Part shown: positions 63,401 through 64,000 of the stretch, piece after piece
Layout: every line of letters starts with the position of its first letter
Numbering within the stretch: the first letter of the stretch is position 1
Assembly: GCF_030144855.1 (NCBI RefSeq)
Contig: NC_082731.1
Coordinates: forward strand, 11,160,001 to 11,224,000
DNA: 64,000 nucleotides
Reading direction: 5' to 3'
Source: Hypanus sabinus
Lineage: Eukaryota
Notes under the pieces: generated by a model
What the model was told of the DNA's origin: nothing
The model's database searches: none
What the model saw: the letters and a program-made list of their open reading frames with translations, nothing else
Made by a program: the position numbers and the translations under genes

Positions 63401-64000
63401 TGATTCCAATTTCAATAATTCTGGAATTGAAACCCATCCAACAAAGATGCACCGTACCTTACACACTGGAGTGCAAAAATATACTGTCTGCTGCTGTTTT
63501 AGAGAATCATGATAGGTTTATGATACTTAGTTGCAATTTAAGCCTCGTGATCTAAAGAGGCAGTCAGGATATTTGGAAGAATTCATTGAGGAATTAGTGA
63601 GGTCAGCCATATATCTACTCAGTGAGAAAATGAACGGCAACGATTTATAAACCAAATGCTGTGGAAGATTTGGAAAAAGATTAACTGTTTCTAATTATTG
63701 TCAAATGCTGAACCTTGAAAAGCATAGTGAAGAAAAAAAAACAGTTATTAAGGACTACGGGATAAATGGATATGTGTTTTGCAGAACTCTTCGCAGTTTG
63801 AACATGGAACAAGAGCTCTGGTTAGCAGTTGGGTCTTTTGCTTGTTCTGTCTCTCCTTTCACAACCCCCCTATATTCCTTGCGGCTCAGTGCAGGTACTC
63901 GCATGTATCGCAGTTCCATCTGGAAAAAAGTTCCTCCAGGTACATGAACTGAGTGCAATGTCTTCTCAGTTTCTAGATGTGATGTTGACTTTCTTCAGTC

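Noticed and set aside
63705-63958. Overlapping ORFs at the window end as an exon of a neighbouring gene
   Set aside because: No recognisable family motif in any frame; cannot be supported without flanking sequence.

Overview
Eukaryotic, repeat-rich genomic DNA from a cartilaginous fish (probably a ray or skate; that narrower assignment is low confidence). The window holds one complete germline IgNAR (heavy-chain-only antibody) cluster on the minus strand. In order it has an octamer/TATA promoter, a leader exon, a type II VNAR exon, three D segments, one J, three constant exons, a secretory tail and two transmembrane exons. All RSSs and splice phases are intact. The main finding is that the three constant exons match nurse-shark IgNAR C2, C4 and C5, and I find no C1 or C3 exon or remnant. 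The locus therefore predicts a short V-C2-C4-C5 IgNAR lacking both domains reported to drive IgNAR dimerisation, with an extra Cys in C2. Other points: all three D segments end in a Cys codon; the V has three N-glycan sequons; an old duplicate of the TM2 exon and its flanks lies 13.7 kb downstream; a ~4.1-kb tandem duplication lies upstream. The rest is mostly CR1, Rex/Babar, L1/Tx1, Penelope-like (with hammerhead-ribozyme relics), SINE, solo-LTR and MITE sequence. Most ORFs in the supplied track are spurious or transposon-derived. Family assignments come from remembered reference sequences, not from database searches, and repeat boundaries are approximate.
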